The notes: a model not told the origin generated them from the letters alone. A DNA stretch of 64,000 nucleotides from an uncultured Gemmataceae bacterium (GCA_963750165.1 CAVVPN010000012.1:768001-832000); one strand, 5' to 3'. Positions 12,794-23,736 are shown, numbered from the stretch's first letter. Numbers and translations are program-made.

Positions 12794-13018
12794 GGCGGCG
12801 CGCCTCGCGGCACAGAGGGGTTTTCCAGGACCGAAGATTATTATACCGCGCTGAACCTGCCGTGCCCGAGTGAGCGGCGAACGACCAGGGTGAACGGTTT
12901 TTTGCCAGGGTCAACGAGCGCGGAAGGCGGTTAATCTCGACGTGCAAAAGGATTGTTCTCCGTGTTCCCCTCGGTTGAAAAGCCGCTGCCGTCCGTTGCC
13001 CGCGCAGCCCCGCGGCAT

Positions 13019-13035
13019 TTGGCACTGAATCTGCT
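13019..13035 (+). promoter_or_regulatory. Putative sigma54 -24/-12 promoter
   Basis: TTGGCAC-TGAAT-CTGCT matches the TGGCAC-N5-(T/C)TGC consensus, about 42 bp before ORF 13077. Confidence 0.6.
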
Positions 13036-13076
13036 ACTGCTACTTCCTGAACCCTGAATCGAACCTGAGCACCGCT

Positions 13077-13331
13077 GTGATGAATACCCTCTTGCCGGAA
13101 AATCTGTTGACCGAAGTTACCGGAGTGATCCAGGAGATCGACCCGACGCGGCGTGAACTGACGCTGCTGGTCAACGGCCGACCCGAGCACTTCGACCTGG
13201 CGGCGGAGTGCGTGCTGGTGCTCCGCCGTGAGTGCGTCAAGCTGCGGCTGTTGCAGCCGTTGGACTGCGCCCGGGTCTATTACGTCCAGACGCCGCAGGG
13301 GCGCGTCGCCCGCACCGTGCAGGTAGAGTGA
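13077..13331 (+). CDS. Small hypothetical protein (beta-rich, OB-fold-like)
   Basis: 84 aa ORF with GC-biased codon usage downstream of the sigma54-like site. Confidence 0.55.
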   Translation: MMNTLLPENLLTEVTGVIQEIDPTRRELTLLVNGRPEHFDLAAECVLVLRRECVKLRLLQPLDCARVYYVQTPQGRVARTVQVE

Positions 13332-13612
13332 CTTTTCCGTCTCCACCGCTTCGCCCCGGCTCTAAACAGGCTGCACGAAGTCCAGGGTGAGGCCATCTGG
13401 GCCGTTTTCCCCGGGCGCACCTTGCCGCATTTCGCTCGTCAGGTTTGCCGCTGTCCATAGGATCTTTGAACAGGAATCAGGAAAGCGGATCCAGACGGAA
13501 GAATATCGTGTTTTTACGAAATTGCCGCTCGTTTATCGACTCGATCCTCAAGAAGTAGGCTCCTCTTTTGATGGAAAGATGGGTCATCTGGTTTGAACCA
13601 GGGAGCAGCTTC

Positions 13613-14634
13613 ATGCTCGAACTGACCCCCGAAAACGTGATTGCGTTTCTGCAGCGGCGCGGCTGGCTCAGCGGCGGCCTCGCGGAGGTGTGGCCGCTGG
13701 GCGGCGGCGTCTCCAACGCCGTGCTGGCCGTGCGCGCTGACGGCCAGACCGTCGTCGTCAAGCAGTCGCGGCCGCAGTTACGGACGCGCGACGCCTGGTT
13801 CAGCGACCTGGAGCGCGTCTACCGCGAGCAGGAGGTGATGGAACTGCTGCACCCGCTGCTGCCGCCGCTGAGCGTGCCGGCAGTGCTGCACGCCGACCGC
13901 GACAACTTCGTGTTCGTGATGAGCCACGCCCCGGACGGCGCCCGCGTCTGGAAAGAGGATTTGTTGGCGGGACAGACCAACCCGACGGTCGCGGAACAGG
14001 CGGGCCGATTGCTGGGCCGGATGCACGAGGCCACCGCGGAGCGTGCCGCGGAACTGGGGCGGTTGCGCGACCATGAGGTGTTCGTGCAGTTGCGTGTCGA
14101 GCCGTTCTACCGCCGCGTCCAGGAGCGCCGCCCCGAGGTTGCGGCCCCGGTCGGTGCGCTCATCGAAAAGATGTTGACCTTCAAGTTGGCGCTCTGCCAC
14201 GGCGATTTCACGCCGAAGAATCTGCTGGTCCACGACGCCGGGTTGATGCTGGTTGATTACGAGACAGCCCACCTGGGCGACCCAACGTTCGACCTGGGGC
14301 TGTTCCTGGCGCACCTGCTGCTCAAGGCGTCGCGACTGCCGGAGCGCGGCGGCGAGTACCTGGACCTGGCGATTCACTTCCTGGACGCTTACGCGGGCGA
14401 ACGGACTTTCCTGCGTCAAGAAGATTGGCAGGCGCGCGGCAGCGCCCACCTGGCGCTTGCCTATCGGCGCGGATCGACGGCACCAGCCCGGTGGATTATT
14501 TGCCGCAGGAACGTCGCCGCGACATGGTGCGTTCGTTCGGCCGAATGCTGCTGGACCGGCCGATCAGTTGGCCCGATGCGCTGAGCCGCTTTGAAGAGAT
14601 GCTTCAAGGGGAGGAAGGTCATGTCACCGGCTGA
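13613..14634 (+). CDS. APH/choline kinase-like phosphotransferase (methylthioribose-kinase-like; apparent frameshift near 14455)
   Basis: [29 protein letters not shown]-terminus [12 protein letters not shown] in ORF 14425..14634. Confidence 0.8.
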
Positions 14635-15907
14635 CGCCATCAACCGCATCCACGCCCGGGAGGTGCTCGACAGCCGCGGCCAACCGACCGTGGAGGTCGA
14701 GGTGCGTTGTCTCGGTGCCCTCGGCCGCGCCATCGTGCCGTCGGGCGCCAGCACCGGCCGGCACGAGGCGGTGGAGTTGCGCGACGGCGACCCGCGGCGC
14801 TACGGCGGCAAGGGCGTGCGCTGCGCCGTCGAAATCGTCAACGACGCGCTGGGGCCGGCGCTGGAGGGGACGCCGGCGACAGAGCAGGAGCGTATCGACC
14901 GCCTGTTATGCGAGATCGACGGCACGCCGAACAAGTCGCGCCTTGGCGCGAACGCCATTCTGGGCGTGTCGCTGGCGTGCGCCCATGCCGCCGCGGCCGC
15001 TCGGAAAATGCCGCTGTGGCGATTCCTGGACGCCGGTCGCGATCAGGCCCGGCTGCCGCTGCCGATGGTCAACCTCATCAGCGGTGGTCTGCACGCGGGC
15101 GGCAACCTCGACATTCAGGACGTGCTCTTGCTACCGATCGCCGCCCGCAGCTACTCCGAGGCGCTGGAAACGACCGTCGCGGTCTACCGGGCGCTGGCGG
15201 AGGTGCTGCGGCAGCGCGGTTACGAATCCGTGCTGGTCGGCGACGAGGGCGGTTTCGGGCCGCGGTTGCCGAACAACCACACGGCCATCGAACTGGCGGT
15301 CGAGGCGTGCCAGCGTGCCGGCCTCAACCCCGGTTACAACGCCGCGCTGGCCGTGGACGTGGCCAGTTCGCACTTCTACCGCGACAGCCGCTACCACCTG
15401 CGCGACCAGCCGGCGCCGCTGACGGCCGCGGAATTCTGCGGCGTGCTGGAGCGCTGGGTGAACGATTACCCGATCCTGAGCATTGAGGACGGCATGGCGG
15501 AGGACGACTGGGACGGCTGGAAGTTGTTGACGCAGGCGCTTGGCCGGCGGGTGCAGTTGATCGGCGACGACCTGTTCGTGACGAACCCGGAGCGGCTGCG
15601 GCGCGGCATCGAAGCAGGCGTGGCCAACGGCGTGCTGGTGAAGCTGAACCAGATCGGCACACTGACGGAAACGCTGGCGGTGATTGAACAGGCCCGCGCC
15701 GCTGGCTATCGGCCGGTGATCTCCGCCCGCAGCGGCGAAACCGAGGACACGACCATTGCGGACCTGGCGGTCGGCACTGGCGCGGGCCAGATCAAGATCG
15801 GTTCTGTGGCCCGCAGCGAACGGCTGGCGAAGTACAACCAGCTGCTGCGTATTGAGGAGGAACTCGGGGCGGAGCGCTTCGCGAACTGGCAGCCGCTACC
15901 GGGTTGA
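14621..15907 (+). CDS. eno: Enolase (divergent paralog)
   Basis: [66 protein letters not shown]. Confidence 0.9.
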   Translation: MSPADAINRIHAREVLDSRGQPTVEVEVRCLGALGRAIVPSGASTGRHEAVELRDGDPRRYGGKGVRCAVEIVNDALGPALEGTPATEQERIDRLLCEIDGTPNKSRLGANAILGVSLACAHAAAAARKMPLWRFLDAGRDQARLPLPMVNLISGGLHAGGNLDIQDVLLLPIAARSYSEALETTVAVYRALAEVLRQRGYESVLVGDEGGFGPRLPNNHTAIELAVEACQRAGLNPGYNAALAVDVASSHFYRDSRYHLRDQPAPLTAAEFCGVLERWVNDYPILSIEDGMAEDDWDGWKLLTQALGRRVQLIGDDLFVTNPERLRRGIEAGVANGVLVKLNQIGTLTETLAVIEQARAAGYRPVISARSGETEDTTIADLAVGTGAGQIKIGSVARSERLAKYNQLLRIEEELGAERFANWQPLPG

Positions 15908-17132
15908 CAGCGGCGGTTGCCGCAGCACTTCTTCCGCGAGCCGCACCACCTCGTCCACCAGCGGCATTTGCCGAAAGCGATACACGGCCGCTGACAGCCC
16001 CTCCAGCGCCTCCTCGACCTTGAGTTGCTCCGACACCGCCAGCAGGTACGGCACCCGGGCGTGCTCGCGCAGCCGTTGCAGATGTTTTTCGACGCTGGCC
16101 CGCCGCCAGAACCCCAGCACGTCCAGGTAGACGACACGCTTGCTGGCCCGATGTACCAGCCGATAGTCCGGCACCCAGAAGCCGCTGCCCAGCGGTAAGA
16201 GATCGCTTTCCTCGCTGATGTCCCAGTCGGCGGCACGCTTGCGGAACAGCTCGACGAACATGGTTAACTCGGGCGGCACATACATGCCGGTGTCGGCGAA
16301 GTGCGACACCAAACCGTCGCGCGGCGACAGCAGGAACTGCTTCGGCTTACGCTGCGGCCCCCAGCGCAGGTCCGCTTTCAGGTCGAAATCCTTGCACTGG
16401 AGGAGCGCCGGCAGAAACAGGGCGAGTTGCAGGCCGTACTTTTGCGTGGCACTGAAAAGGCTGAGCGGGCCGTCGAGGCGCAGGCAAAAGGCATCACCGG
16501 CGTGCGGTTCCACCTCGCAGACGAGGCGGTGGAACTTCACCAGGCGCAGCGAGCTGGCGGTAGCGCTGCGGCGGCTCATGGCGGATGACGACCTCCACGC
16601 CCGTGGAGCGCAGCAGCACCGCCTGCGCCAGCGCCACGTTGTAGCGCTCCAGCAGCCGCTCGGCGGTGATGTCCTTGAATTTCACCAGGCGCTGCTCGCT
16701 GCGCAGGTCCGCGAACAGGCCCTGCTCGATCTCTTCGACACTGACACCCAGTTGGCCAGAGACCTCCGCGAGCACAGCGGCGCGGTCGAAGTGTTTTCGC
16801 AGCGCACCGTCGGCCGGCGCCTGGCGGTGGCTGGTCGCGGCGCGGAAGACGGCCTCGCGCAGCTGGTCGGGCGGATGGCCGCTCTGCACCTCGAACTCGC
16901 AACGGTCCTCCAGCAACTTCGCCAGTCCCTGGTGGACCAGTTGCGTGGTGGTTTCGCCGAAGGCGTCGTCGAGTTCGGTTTCGAGTTCGCCGCGCGTCCG
17001 CCCCGGCAGGCCGCGGAAGACCTCCAGCAGGCGCTCGGCCATTTCCCGCCAACCTACCTCGGAGGTGTCGAGGTAGATGGGGAGGACGCGGTCGCGGCTG
17101 AAGCGGACGCGGACGTGTTTGCCGGTGAGCAT
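15896..17132 (-). CDS. DUF790 family (Bax1-like) endonuclease (apparent frameshift near 16550)
   Basis: LFADL...[33 protein letters not shown]-like PD-(D/E)xK end; lies near an XPB helicase gene. Confidence 0.8.
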
Positions 17133-17343
17133 GGAGCTGAATACCTCTGTTTCTGTTGATGGAGTACCACCTCGCGCTTGCTCGAGCTTTTGACTCCAGA
17201 ACGTCCACAAACCGCCGCGGTTCGAGCGATCAGGCGGTGAAGCCAGATCGGGCGCGATGCACTTTGAGGAATTCAGGGGCAAGACGAGACGCGGTGGGTG
17301 ACTGAAACTGAATCATTTGATCAAGAATTAGCGCGCATCGCGA

Positions 17344-17415
17344 CTGGGTGTAGCGGAAGTCGCCAGACTTCCGAGCAACACCGGACGGAAGTCTGGCGAC
17401 TTCCGCTACACCCAG
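17344..17415. repeat. REP-like inverted dimer, family GTAGCGGAAGTCGCCAGACTTCCG (copy 1)
   Basis: Long near-perfect palindrome; nearly identical element at 23670-23736. Confidence 0.85.
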
Positions 17416-17485
17416 CCGCAAACTGCTCTAGTTGAGCCGGCAGCAGATCGAGCCCCATCGCTCCTCTCCTTGTGAAGGATGTCCA

Positions 17486-18571
17486 CTACCCGTTCTTCCG
17501 CGCGAACTCCCGCATAAACCCCGCCAACGCCTGGCACGCCTCGGGGCTGACCGCGTTGTAGATCGACGCCCGCAGCCCGCCCACCGACCGATGCCCCGGC
17601 AGGCCGACCATGCCCGCCGCCTGCGCCTCCGCCGCGAACTGCTTCTCCAGCGCCTCGCTCGGCAGCCGGAACGTCACGTTCATCTGTGACCGCGAACCCG
17701 ACTCCGCGTGGCCACGGTAAAAGCCGCCGCTCTGGTCAATCGCGTCATACAGAATCTGCGCCTTGCGGGCGTTGCGCTGCCCCAGCGCCGCCAACCCGCC
17801 GAGCTGCTCGATCCATTGCAGCACCAGGTTCAACATGTAAGTGCCAAACGTTGGTGGCGTGTTATACAGCGAATTGTTTTTCACATGCGTGGCGTAACGC
17901 AGCATCGTCGGCACCTGCTGGTTCGCCTGCGCCAGCCACGCCTCGCGCAGCAGCACCACCGTCACACCCGCCGGGCCGAGGTTCTTCTGCGCCCCCGCAT
18001 AGATCAGCGTGAACTTGCCGGCGTCGAAGGGGCGCGACAGGATGTCGCTGCTCATGTCGGCCACCAGCGGGCGACCGCCCACATCGGGGAAGGCGGACCA
18101 TTGAATCCCCTGGATCGTCTCGTTCGAGGTCAGGTGGACATAGGCCGGATTCGCGCTCAGGTGGATCTCGTCGGACCGCGGCACGCGCCGATAGCTGCCG
18201 TCCTTCGCGCTCGCGGCGACGCGCGCGTGGCCCAGCGCCGCGGCCTCCTCCTGGGCCTTCTCCGCCCACGCTCCCGTCACCAGGTAATCCGCCGTCGCGC
18301 CGGGCGTCAGGAAATTCATGGGCAGCATCGCGAACTGTGTCGAGGCGCCGCCCTGCACGAACAGCACGCGATAGCCGTCGCCCACGCCCAGCAGCCGCTT
18401 GAACGTCGCCTCCGCCTGGACGTTGATCGCCTCGAATTCCTTTGAGCGGTGGCTCATCTCCATGATCGACAGGCCGCGCCCCTGGTAGTCGCGCAGCTCG
18501 GCCTGCACCTGCTCCAGCACCGCCGGCGGCAGCATGCTCGGCCCGGCGTTGAAGTTGTAAACCGTGCTCAT
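17486..18571 (-). CDS. serC: Phosphoserine aminotransferase
   Basis: YNFNAGP, MEMSHRS, QGGAS, NETIQG, DMSS, GAQKNLGPAG, NTPP, GHRSVGGLRASIYNA. Confidence 0.95.
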   Translation of the reverse strand: MSTVYNFNAGPSMLPPAVLEQVQAELRDYQGRGLSIMEMSHRSKEFEAINVQAEATFKRLLGVGDGYRVLFVQGGASTQFAMLPMNFLTPGATADYLVTGAWAEKAQEEAAALGHARVAASAKDGSYRRVPRSDEIHLSANPAYVHLTSNETIQGIQWSAFPDVGGRPLVADMSSDILSRPFDAGKFTLIYAGAQKNLGPAGVTVVLLREAWLAQANQQVPTMLRYATHVKNNSLYNTPPTFGTYMLNLVLQWIEQLGGLAALGQRNARKAQILYDAIDQSGGFYRGHAESGSRSQMNVTFRLPSEALEKQFAAEAQAAGMVGLPGHRSVGGLRASIYNAVSPEACQALAGFMREFARKNG

Positions 18572-18600
18572 GGGGTGATTCCTCACAGAAGACAAAGCGG

Positions 18601-19977
18601 TCAGCGATAAGCGTGGTGCTGCCGGCGGCGGTCGCTGGTGAACTCCTCTGCGGTGCCGCGCGTGATCACTTCGTACAGCAGCGCCTGCTTGTCGCCGTGC
18701 TTGCGCAGCAGCCGGCCCAACCGCTGTACATGCTCGCGGACGCTGCCGGTGCCCGACAGGATCACGCCGACATTCGCCGCCGGCACGTCCACGCCCTCGT
18801 TCAGCACCTGGCTCGTCACCACAATCGGATACTCGCCGCTGTGGAAACGCTGCAAGATCTTCTGCCGCTCCTTCGTCTTCGTCTGGTGCGTGATCGCGGG
18901 CACCAGGAAGCGGCGCGCGATGTTGTACACCGTGGCATTATCATAGGTGAATATGAGCACACGATCCTGGGTGTGCCGGGCCAGCAGCTGTTCCAGCAAC
19001 TGCAACTTCGCCGGCGCCGCCAGCGAGATGCGCTTCTGCTCCCGGTACGCCTGGAAGGCGGCGCGGCCCTCCGGCGAACGACACGTCGCCTGAATGAAGC
19101 GCTGCCAGCCCTGCGGACCGCCGAAGACAATGCCGTTTTCCTCCACGAAACGCCGGTACACGTCGCGCGTTTCACGGTAGCGCTGCGCCTCCGCCTCCGA
19201 TAGCTCGACGTAGACGCGCTGCGTCTGGTACTCCGCCAGGAAGTCGCCGGCCAGTTCCTTGATCTCACGGCGGAAGACGAGCGGGCCGATCAGCTCCGGC
19301 AGCAGTACCTCCTGACCGTCGGCACGCTCCGGCGTCGCGGTCAGGCCGAGGCGGAACGGCGCCAGGCTGGCCACCGCCGCGGCCGTGTAGCTCGGGCCCG
19401 GCAGGTGATGGCACTCGTCAAAGATCAGCAGACCATACTTGTTGCCCCAGCGCTCGACATGGAGGTACGCCGAGTCGTAGGTCGTCACCGTCAGCGGTTG
19501 CAGGTCGTAGTAGCCGCCGCCGAGCAAGCCAATCGGCTCGCCGAACGCCAGCAGCAACTCGCCGTACCACTGATTCAGCAGGTCGATGGTCGGCGTCACC
19601 ACGATGGCCGGGCGGGCGGTGCGGTTGATGGCCAGGATGGCCAGGTGCGTCTTGCCGGTGCCGGTCGGCAGCACCACGACGCCACGGCTGCCAGCCTGGC
19701 ACCACGCTGCCAGCGCCTCGGTCTGGTGCGGGAACGGGTCGCGGCTGGTGCGCAGCGGCCACGGCGTCGGCTGGAAGGCGCGGGCTTCGTCCTGGTACGG
19801 TAGGTGACGGGCGCGGACGTGCTCCACGAGCGCGCGGTAATAACGGGCCTCGGCCAGGAAGGTGTTCTGGCGCTGGTCGAACCGGCAGCCCGGCAAGGTG
19901 GACAGCACCTCCGCCGGTGCGCCCGTCACCAGCAGCGTGCCGCGGTCGAAGCTCAGGTGGATCGTCGGTGTGGCCAT
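18601..19977 (-). CDS. XPB/Rad25 (SSL2)-like superfamily II helicase
   Basis: LPTGTGKT, DECHH, LGLTATPER, VLNEGVDVP, QRLGRLLR. Confidence 0.9.
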   Translation of the reverse strand: MATPTIHLSFDRGTLLVTGAPAEVLSTLPGCRFDQRQNTFLAEARYYRALVEHVRARHLPYQDEARAFQPTPWPLRTSRDPFPHQTEALAAWCQAGSRGVVVLPTGTGKTHLAILAINRTARPAIVVTPTIDLLNQWYGELLLAFGEPIGLLGGGYYDLQPLTVTTYDSAYLHVERWGNKYGLLIFDECHHLPGPSYTAAAVASLAPFRLGLTATPERADGQEVLLPELIGPLVFRREIKELAGDFLAEYQTQRVYVELSEAEAQRYRETRDVYRRFVEENGIVFGGPQGWQRFIQATCRSPEGRAAFQAYREQKRISLAAPAKLQLLEQLLARHTQDRVLIFTYDNATVYNIARRFLVPAITHQTKTKERQKILQRFHSGEYPIVVTSQVLNEGVDVPAANVGVILSGTGSVREHVQRLGRLLRKHGDKQALLYEVITRGTAEEFTSDRRRQHHAYR

Positions 19978-19986
19978 GTCAGCCGA

Positions 19987-21042
19987 TCAGGAGGCGGTCC
20001 CCGCGTCCGAGGGGCACTGGCACCCCGACCGCGGGCCGGCGGGTTCGAGGGCGGCGTCCGGGGAGACGCCGCGGTAAATCCGTTGGATGCGCTCGCGGTT
20101 CAGGCCGAGCACGCGGTCGAAGCGGCCCAGCTTCATCCCGACGAGCGACGGATCCAGGCTGGCCAGGTTCTCCACCAGCTCCACGTCCAGGCGAATCTCC
20201 GCGTCGAGTTCCTTGCGCATCAGCCACGGGAACAGCGGCAGGCCGCCCCACGGGACCGGCCAGTGCGACTGGGCGAAGGCGAAGGTCCACGCCGCCGTCT
20301 CGTCCGCGGTCAGCGGCGTGAACAGCACCACCACCCGCCAGCGCACCAGAGCCTCGCGCCCGGTCTTCGGGTTGTCCCACCAGTGGTCGATCACCAGATA
20401 GACGGGGCTGAAGTAAGTCGTCCAGCACGAATTGAACCAATGTCCGCCCCAGACACCGAACAGCAACCCCATGAACAGGGGGAGCCGCTTGCGCGGCCCA
20501 CGGTTGCGGACACTTACCATCGTGTCCGTGGTTTCCACTTCCACAGCCACTTCCGCCATGCGCGCCGGGTTGAAGCCGAACGCCCGGTGGACGGTGGCGG
20601 TATGCTCAATCTCGCTGAAGTTGTCCAGGGCCAACTCCAGGGGCGCCCGCATGTGGTGCTCCAGCGTACACATGTGACGAAAGCCCGGGAAGGTGAAGTC
20701 CGGGAACGCGGCGGCCCCCGGTGCCTTGACCCAGACGGCGCCGTGGGCCTCGCGGACTTCATAGCACGTGGTCTGGGCGTGCAGTTTCGGGGTCCCGGGG
20801 CTCTCGCCGTGGCCGCAGGCGTCAAAGGTCCAGCCGTGATACGGGCACTGTAACCGGCCGTGCTCGACGCGCCCCTTGCTCAACCGCATGCGCCGGTGGG
20901 GGCACTCGTCCTCCAGCGCGCCCACCTGGCCGTCTGCGCCACGGAACAACGCGAGGTGCCGGCCCGCCAGGCGGACGCCCACCGGGGCCCGCTTCAACCG
21001 CTCGCTGCGCAGTACCGGGTGCCAGTGATTCAGAACCGCCAT
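19987..21042 (-). CDS. Rieske non-heme iron oxygenase alpha subunit (VanA/KshA-like), paralog 1
   Basis: CPHR...CPYHGW Rieske motif; DNFSEIEHTATVH iron site; distal Asp. Confidence 0.88.
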   Translation of the reverse strand: MAVLNHWHPVLRSERLKRAPVGVRLAGRHLALFRGADGQVGALEDECPHRRMRLSKGRVEHGRLQCPYHGWTFDACGHGESPGTPKLHAQTTCYEVREAHGAVWVKAPGAAAFPDFTFPGFRHMCTLEHHMRAPLELALDNFSEIEHTATVHRAFGFNPARMAEVAVEVETTDTMVSVRNRGPRKRLPLFMGLLFGVWGGHWFNSCWTTYFSPVYLVIDHWWDNPKTGREALVRWRVVVLFTPLTADETAAWTFAFAQSHWPVPWGGLPLFPWLMRKELDAEIRLDVELVENLASLDPSLVGMKLGRFDRVLGLNRERIQRIYRGVSPDAALEPAGPRSGCQCPSDAGTAS

Positions 21043-21172
21043 CAGGTGCAACCTCGAAGGAGTCGTCCAGCGCTCCGCGGGCGCTCCCGGTTAACATACC
21101 TGGTCGTCGGCCGGGAACAATAGCGCGGGAGTGTCCTGGCCGCGGGTGCAGCGCCGGGACAGCCGGCGCCGT

Positions 21173-22183
21173 TCAGCCCCGCTCCCGGAGCACCGTCTGG
21201 CGGCCGTGGTAAATCCGCTGGATGCGCTCACGGTTCAGGCCGAGCACGCGATCGAAGCGGCTCAGTTTCATGCCGTCGATGCTTGGATCCTTGTCCGCCA
21301 GGTTGCCCAGGATATTCACGTCCAGGTTGATCTCATGATTCAGGTTCCGCCGCAGCAGCCAGCCGAACACGGGCACGGCGCCGTTGGGGCCGAGGGGATA
21401 GCGCGACTTCGTGAACGCGAACGTCGTGACCGCCGTCTCCCGGTCGTCAATCGGCGTGAAGAAGATGTACAGCTTCCAGCGCACCAGTCCCTCACGGCCC
21501 GTCTTCGGGTTCGTCCACCAGTGGTTGTAGATCGAGTACACCGGCGAAAAATAGGTCGTCCAGTCGTCGTTGAACTGCCAGTGCTTGCCGATGCCCAGCA
21601 GCAGTCGGAAGAACCAGTTCATCTTCTTCGGCGGCCCCTGGTTGATGACGCGCACCGTCGTGTCCGTCGGCTCGAACTGCACCTGCACCTCGTGCATCCG
21701 CTCCAGCTCGTAGCCGAAGACCGCGTGCGTCGTCGGCGTGTGCTCGATCTCACAAAAATTATCGACCACCAGTTCCAGCGGCGCCCGTGCCCGGTGCATC
21801 AGGTTGCAAACGTTGTACCAGCCGACCACGTCGAAGGGCGGGAACACCGGGTTGGAGTCGCGCGACTTGACCCAGACGAAGCCGTGCTGCTCCGTCGCCT
21901 CGAACGCGGTCGCTGTGGCGTACAATTTCGGCGTCGCCGGGCTCTCGCCTTCGCCGGCACAATCGAACTTCCAGCCGTGATAACGGCATTGCAGGCGGCC
22001 CTTGACCACCGTGCCCAGGCTCAGCCGCATCCGCCGGTGCGGGCACACGTCGGACAGCGCCCCAACCCCGCCGCCGTCGCTGCGGAACAACACGATGTCC
22101 GTGCCGGCCAGCCGGATGCCGACCGGCGCCCGCCGGAGTTGCTTGCTCGAGAGAACTGGGTGCCAGTGGTCCAGCGCAGCCAT
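21173..22183 (-). CDS. Rieske non-heme iron oxygenase alpha subunit, paralog 2
   Basis: CPHR...CRYHGW; DNFCEIEHTPTTH; collinear with paralog 1 (TTYFSPVY, MKL.RFDRVLGLNRERIQRIY). Confidence 0.88.
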   Translation of the reverse strand: MAALDHWHPVLSSKQLRRAPVGIRLAGTDIVLFRSDGGGVGALSDVCPHRRMRLSLGTVVKGRLQCRYHGWKFDCAGEGESPATPKLYATATAFEATEQHGFVWVKSRDSNPVFPPFDVVGWYNVCNLMHRARAPLELVVDNFCEIEHTPTTHAVFGYELERMHEVQVQFEPTDTTVRVINQGPPKKMNWFFRLLLGIGKHWQFNDDWTTYFSPVYSIYNHWWTNPKTGREGLVRWKLYIFFTPIDDRETAVTTFAFTKSRYPLGPNGAVPVFGWLLRRNLNHEINLDVNILGNLADKDPSIDGMKLSRFDRVLGLNRERIQRIYHGRQTVLRERG

Positions 22184-22491
22184 AACGCTCCACCTCGGGG
22201 ACCGGCCAGACGTCGTGCCGGCCGTTACCTTGTATAGGATACCCGCCACCTCAACAGGAACAATAGCGCACTGACCAATGGCGCACGGGGCCGGATCGGC
22301 AGTTCCGGTTGGCCAAACAGGTTCTCCCAGTTGCCCTATTTGCCCCACCTTCTCGGGAAATGCACATCCGATGCCGTGTGCCCCCCGGCCTGGAATGTGC
22401 GTTCTACTATCCCCGGGCGCCCTCGACACGCATTGGAGAACGAAGTCGGAATGCGTATTTTGAATGTGGGTAACGCTGTGGGGGCATCAGA

Positions 22492-23655
22492 ATGCTGGCA
22501 CTGCTGTGGGCGGAAGCGACCATAAACTGGGGCTGGGAGGTGCTCGGTCTACTCAGTCTGCCGGCGCTGGTGCTGCTCAACGCCTTCTTCGTCGCGGCGG
22601 AATTCTCGCTGGTGGCGGTGCGGCGGACGCGCGTCGAGGAGATGGTGGCCCAGGGCGTCCAGGGCGCGACGGCGGTCGAGGCGGCGGTCAACAAGCTCGA
22701 CCGCACCATCGCCGCGACGCAGCTGGGCATCACCGTGGCCAGCATCGGTCTGGGCTGGGTCGGCGAGCCGGCGCTGGAACGGCTGCTGCGGCCGTTGTTC
22801 GAGGCGCTGCCGCCGCCCTGGCCGAGCGCCGCCAGCCACTCCGCCGCCTTCGTGGTGACCTTTCTGTTCATCACCTTCATGCACGTGGTCTTCGGCGAAC
22901 TGGTGCCCAAGACGCTGGCGCTGCAGGCGCCGGATCGCTCCGCGCTGTGGCTGGCCCGGCCGCTGGTGGTGTTCGTGCGCCTGACGCGGCCGCTGGTGCT
23001 GGTCATGGGCGCCACCGCCAACTGGGTGCTGCGCCGCCTCGGCTACGACCGCGCCCGCAGCGAGTCGATGGTCCACTCGGTCGATGAACTGTCGCTGCTC
23101 ATCGAGGACACCGAGGAAGCGGGCATCCTCGACTCGGAGCAGGCGCAGCTGGTGCAGAACGTGTTTCGGTTGTCGGACAAGGTGGTGCGCGACTGCATGG
23201 TGCCCGCGGACAAGATGGCGGCCCTGGAGCTGAGCACGCCGCCCGACAAGGTGCTGGAGGCGGTGCGCAGCGGAGCGCACACGCGCATGCCGGTCTACGA
23301 AAAGGACCTCGACAACATCGTCGGCATCGTCAACACCAAGAACCTGTTCTTCATTCTCAGCCTGAAGGGCATCGTGGTGCTGAGCGACGCCATTTACCCG
23401 GCGCTGTTCCTGAAGCCGGACGAGAGCCTCGGCAACGCCCTGCGGCTGTTCCGCCGTGCCCGCCGGCCCATGGCGCTGGTGCGCAGCGAGGAAGGCAAGA
23501 TTCTCGGCCTGGTGACACTGGAAGACATTCTCGAAGAGATTGTCGGCGACATCGAGGACGAGCACGACCGGCCGACGCCCAGGGTGGTGCGGCTGACGGC
23601 GCGGCCCGGCAAACGCGGTCAGGAGACCGGGACTCGGGGACAGGGAAAGGGCTAG
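22492..23655 (+). CDS. Hemolysin-family CNNM (DUF21) + CBS domain protein
   Basis: NAFFVAAEFSLV, TQLGIT, GELVPK, HTRMPVY, GLVTLEDILEEIVGDIEDEHD. Confidence 0.92.
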   Translation: MLALLWAEATINWGWEVLGLLSLPALVLLNAFFVAAEFSLVAVRRTRVEEMVAQGVQGATAVEAAVNKLDRTIAATQLGITVASIGLGWVGEPALERLLRPLFEALPPPWPSAASHSAAFVVTFLFITFMHVVFGELVPKTLALQAPDRSALWLARPLVVFVRLTRPLVLVMGATANWVLRRLGYDRARSESMVHSVDELSLLIEDTEEAGILDSEQAQLVQNVFRLSDKVVRDCMVPADKMAALELSTPPDKVLEAVRSGAHTRMPVYEKDLDNIVGIVNTKNLFFILSLKGIVVLSDAIYPALFLKPDESLGNALRLFRRARRPMALVRSEEGKILGLVTLEDILEEIVGDIEDEHDRPTPRVVRLTARPGKRGQETGTRGQGKG

Positions 23656-23669
23656 CGCGGTTGGCCCTC

Positions 23670-23736
23670 GGGTGTAGCGGAAGTCGCCAGACTTCCGCGC
23701 AGCGCCGCACGGAAGTCCGGCGACTTCCGCTAGCCC
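23670..23736. repeat. REP-like inverted dimer, family GTAGCGGAAGTCGCCAGACTTCCG (copy 2)
   Basis: Arms match the element at 17344-17415; the spacer differs. Confidence 0.85.

Noticed and set aside
13332..13612. Lower-GC stretch with short ORF 13387..13596
   Set aside because: No recognisable motif or start context; may be a relic but cannot be supported.
17133..17343. Lower-GC spacer between DUF790 and the REP as a small gene or ncRNA
   Set aside because: No convincing ORF in the frames read and no clear structure.
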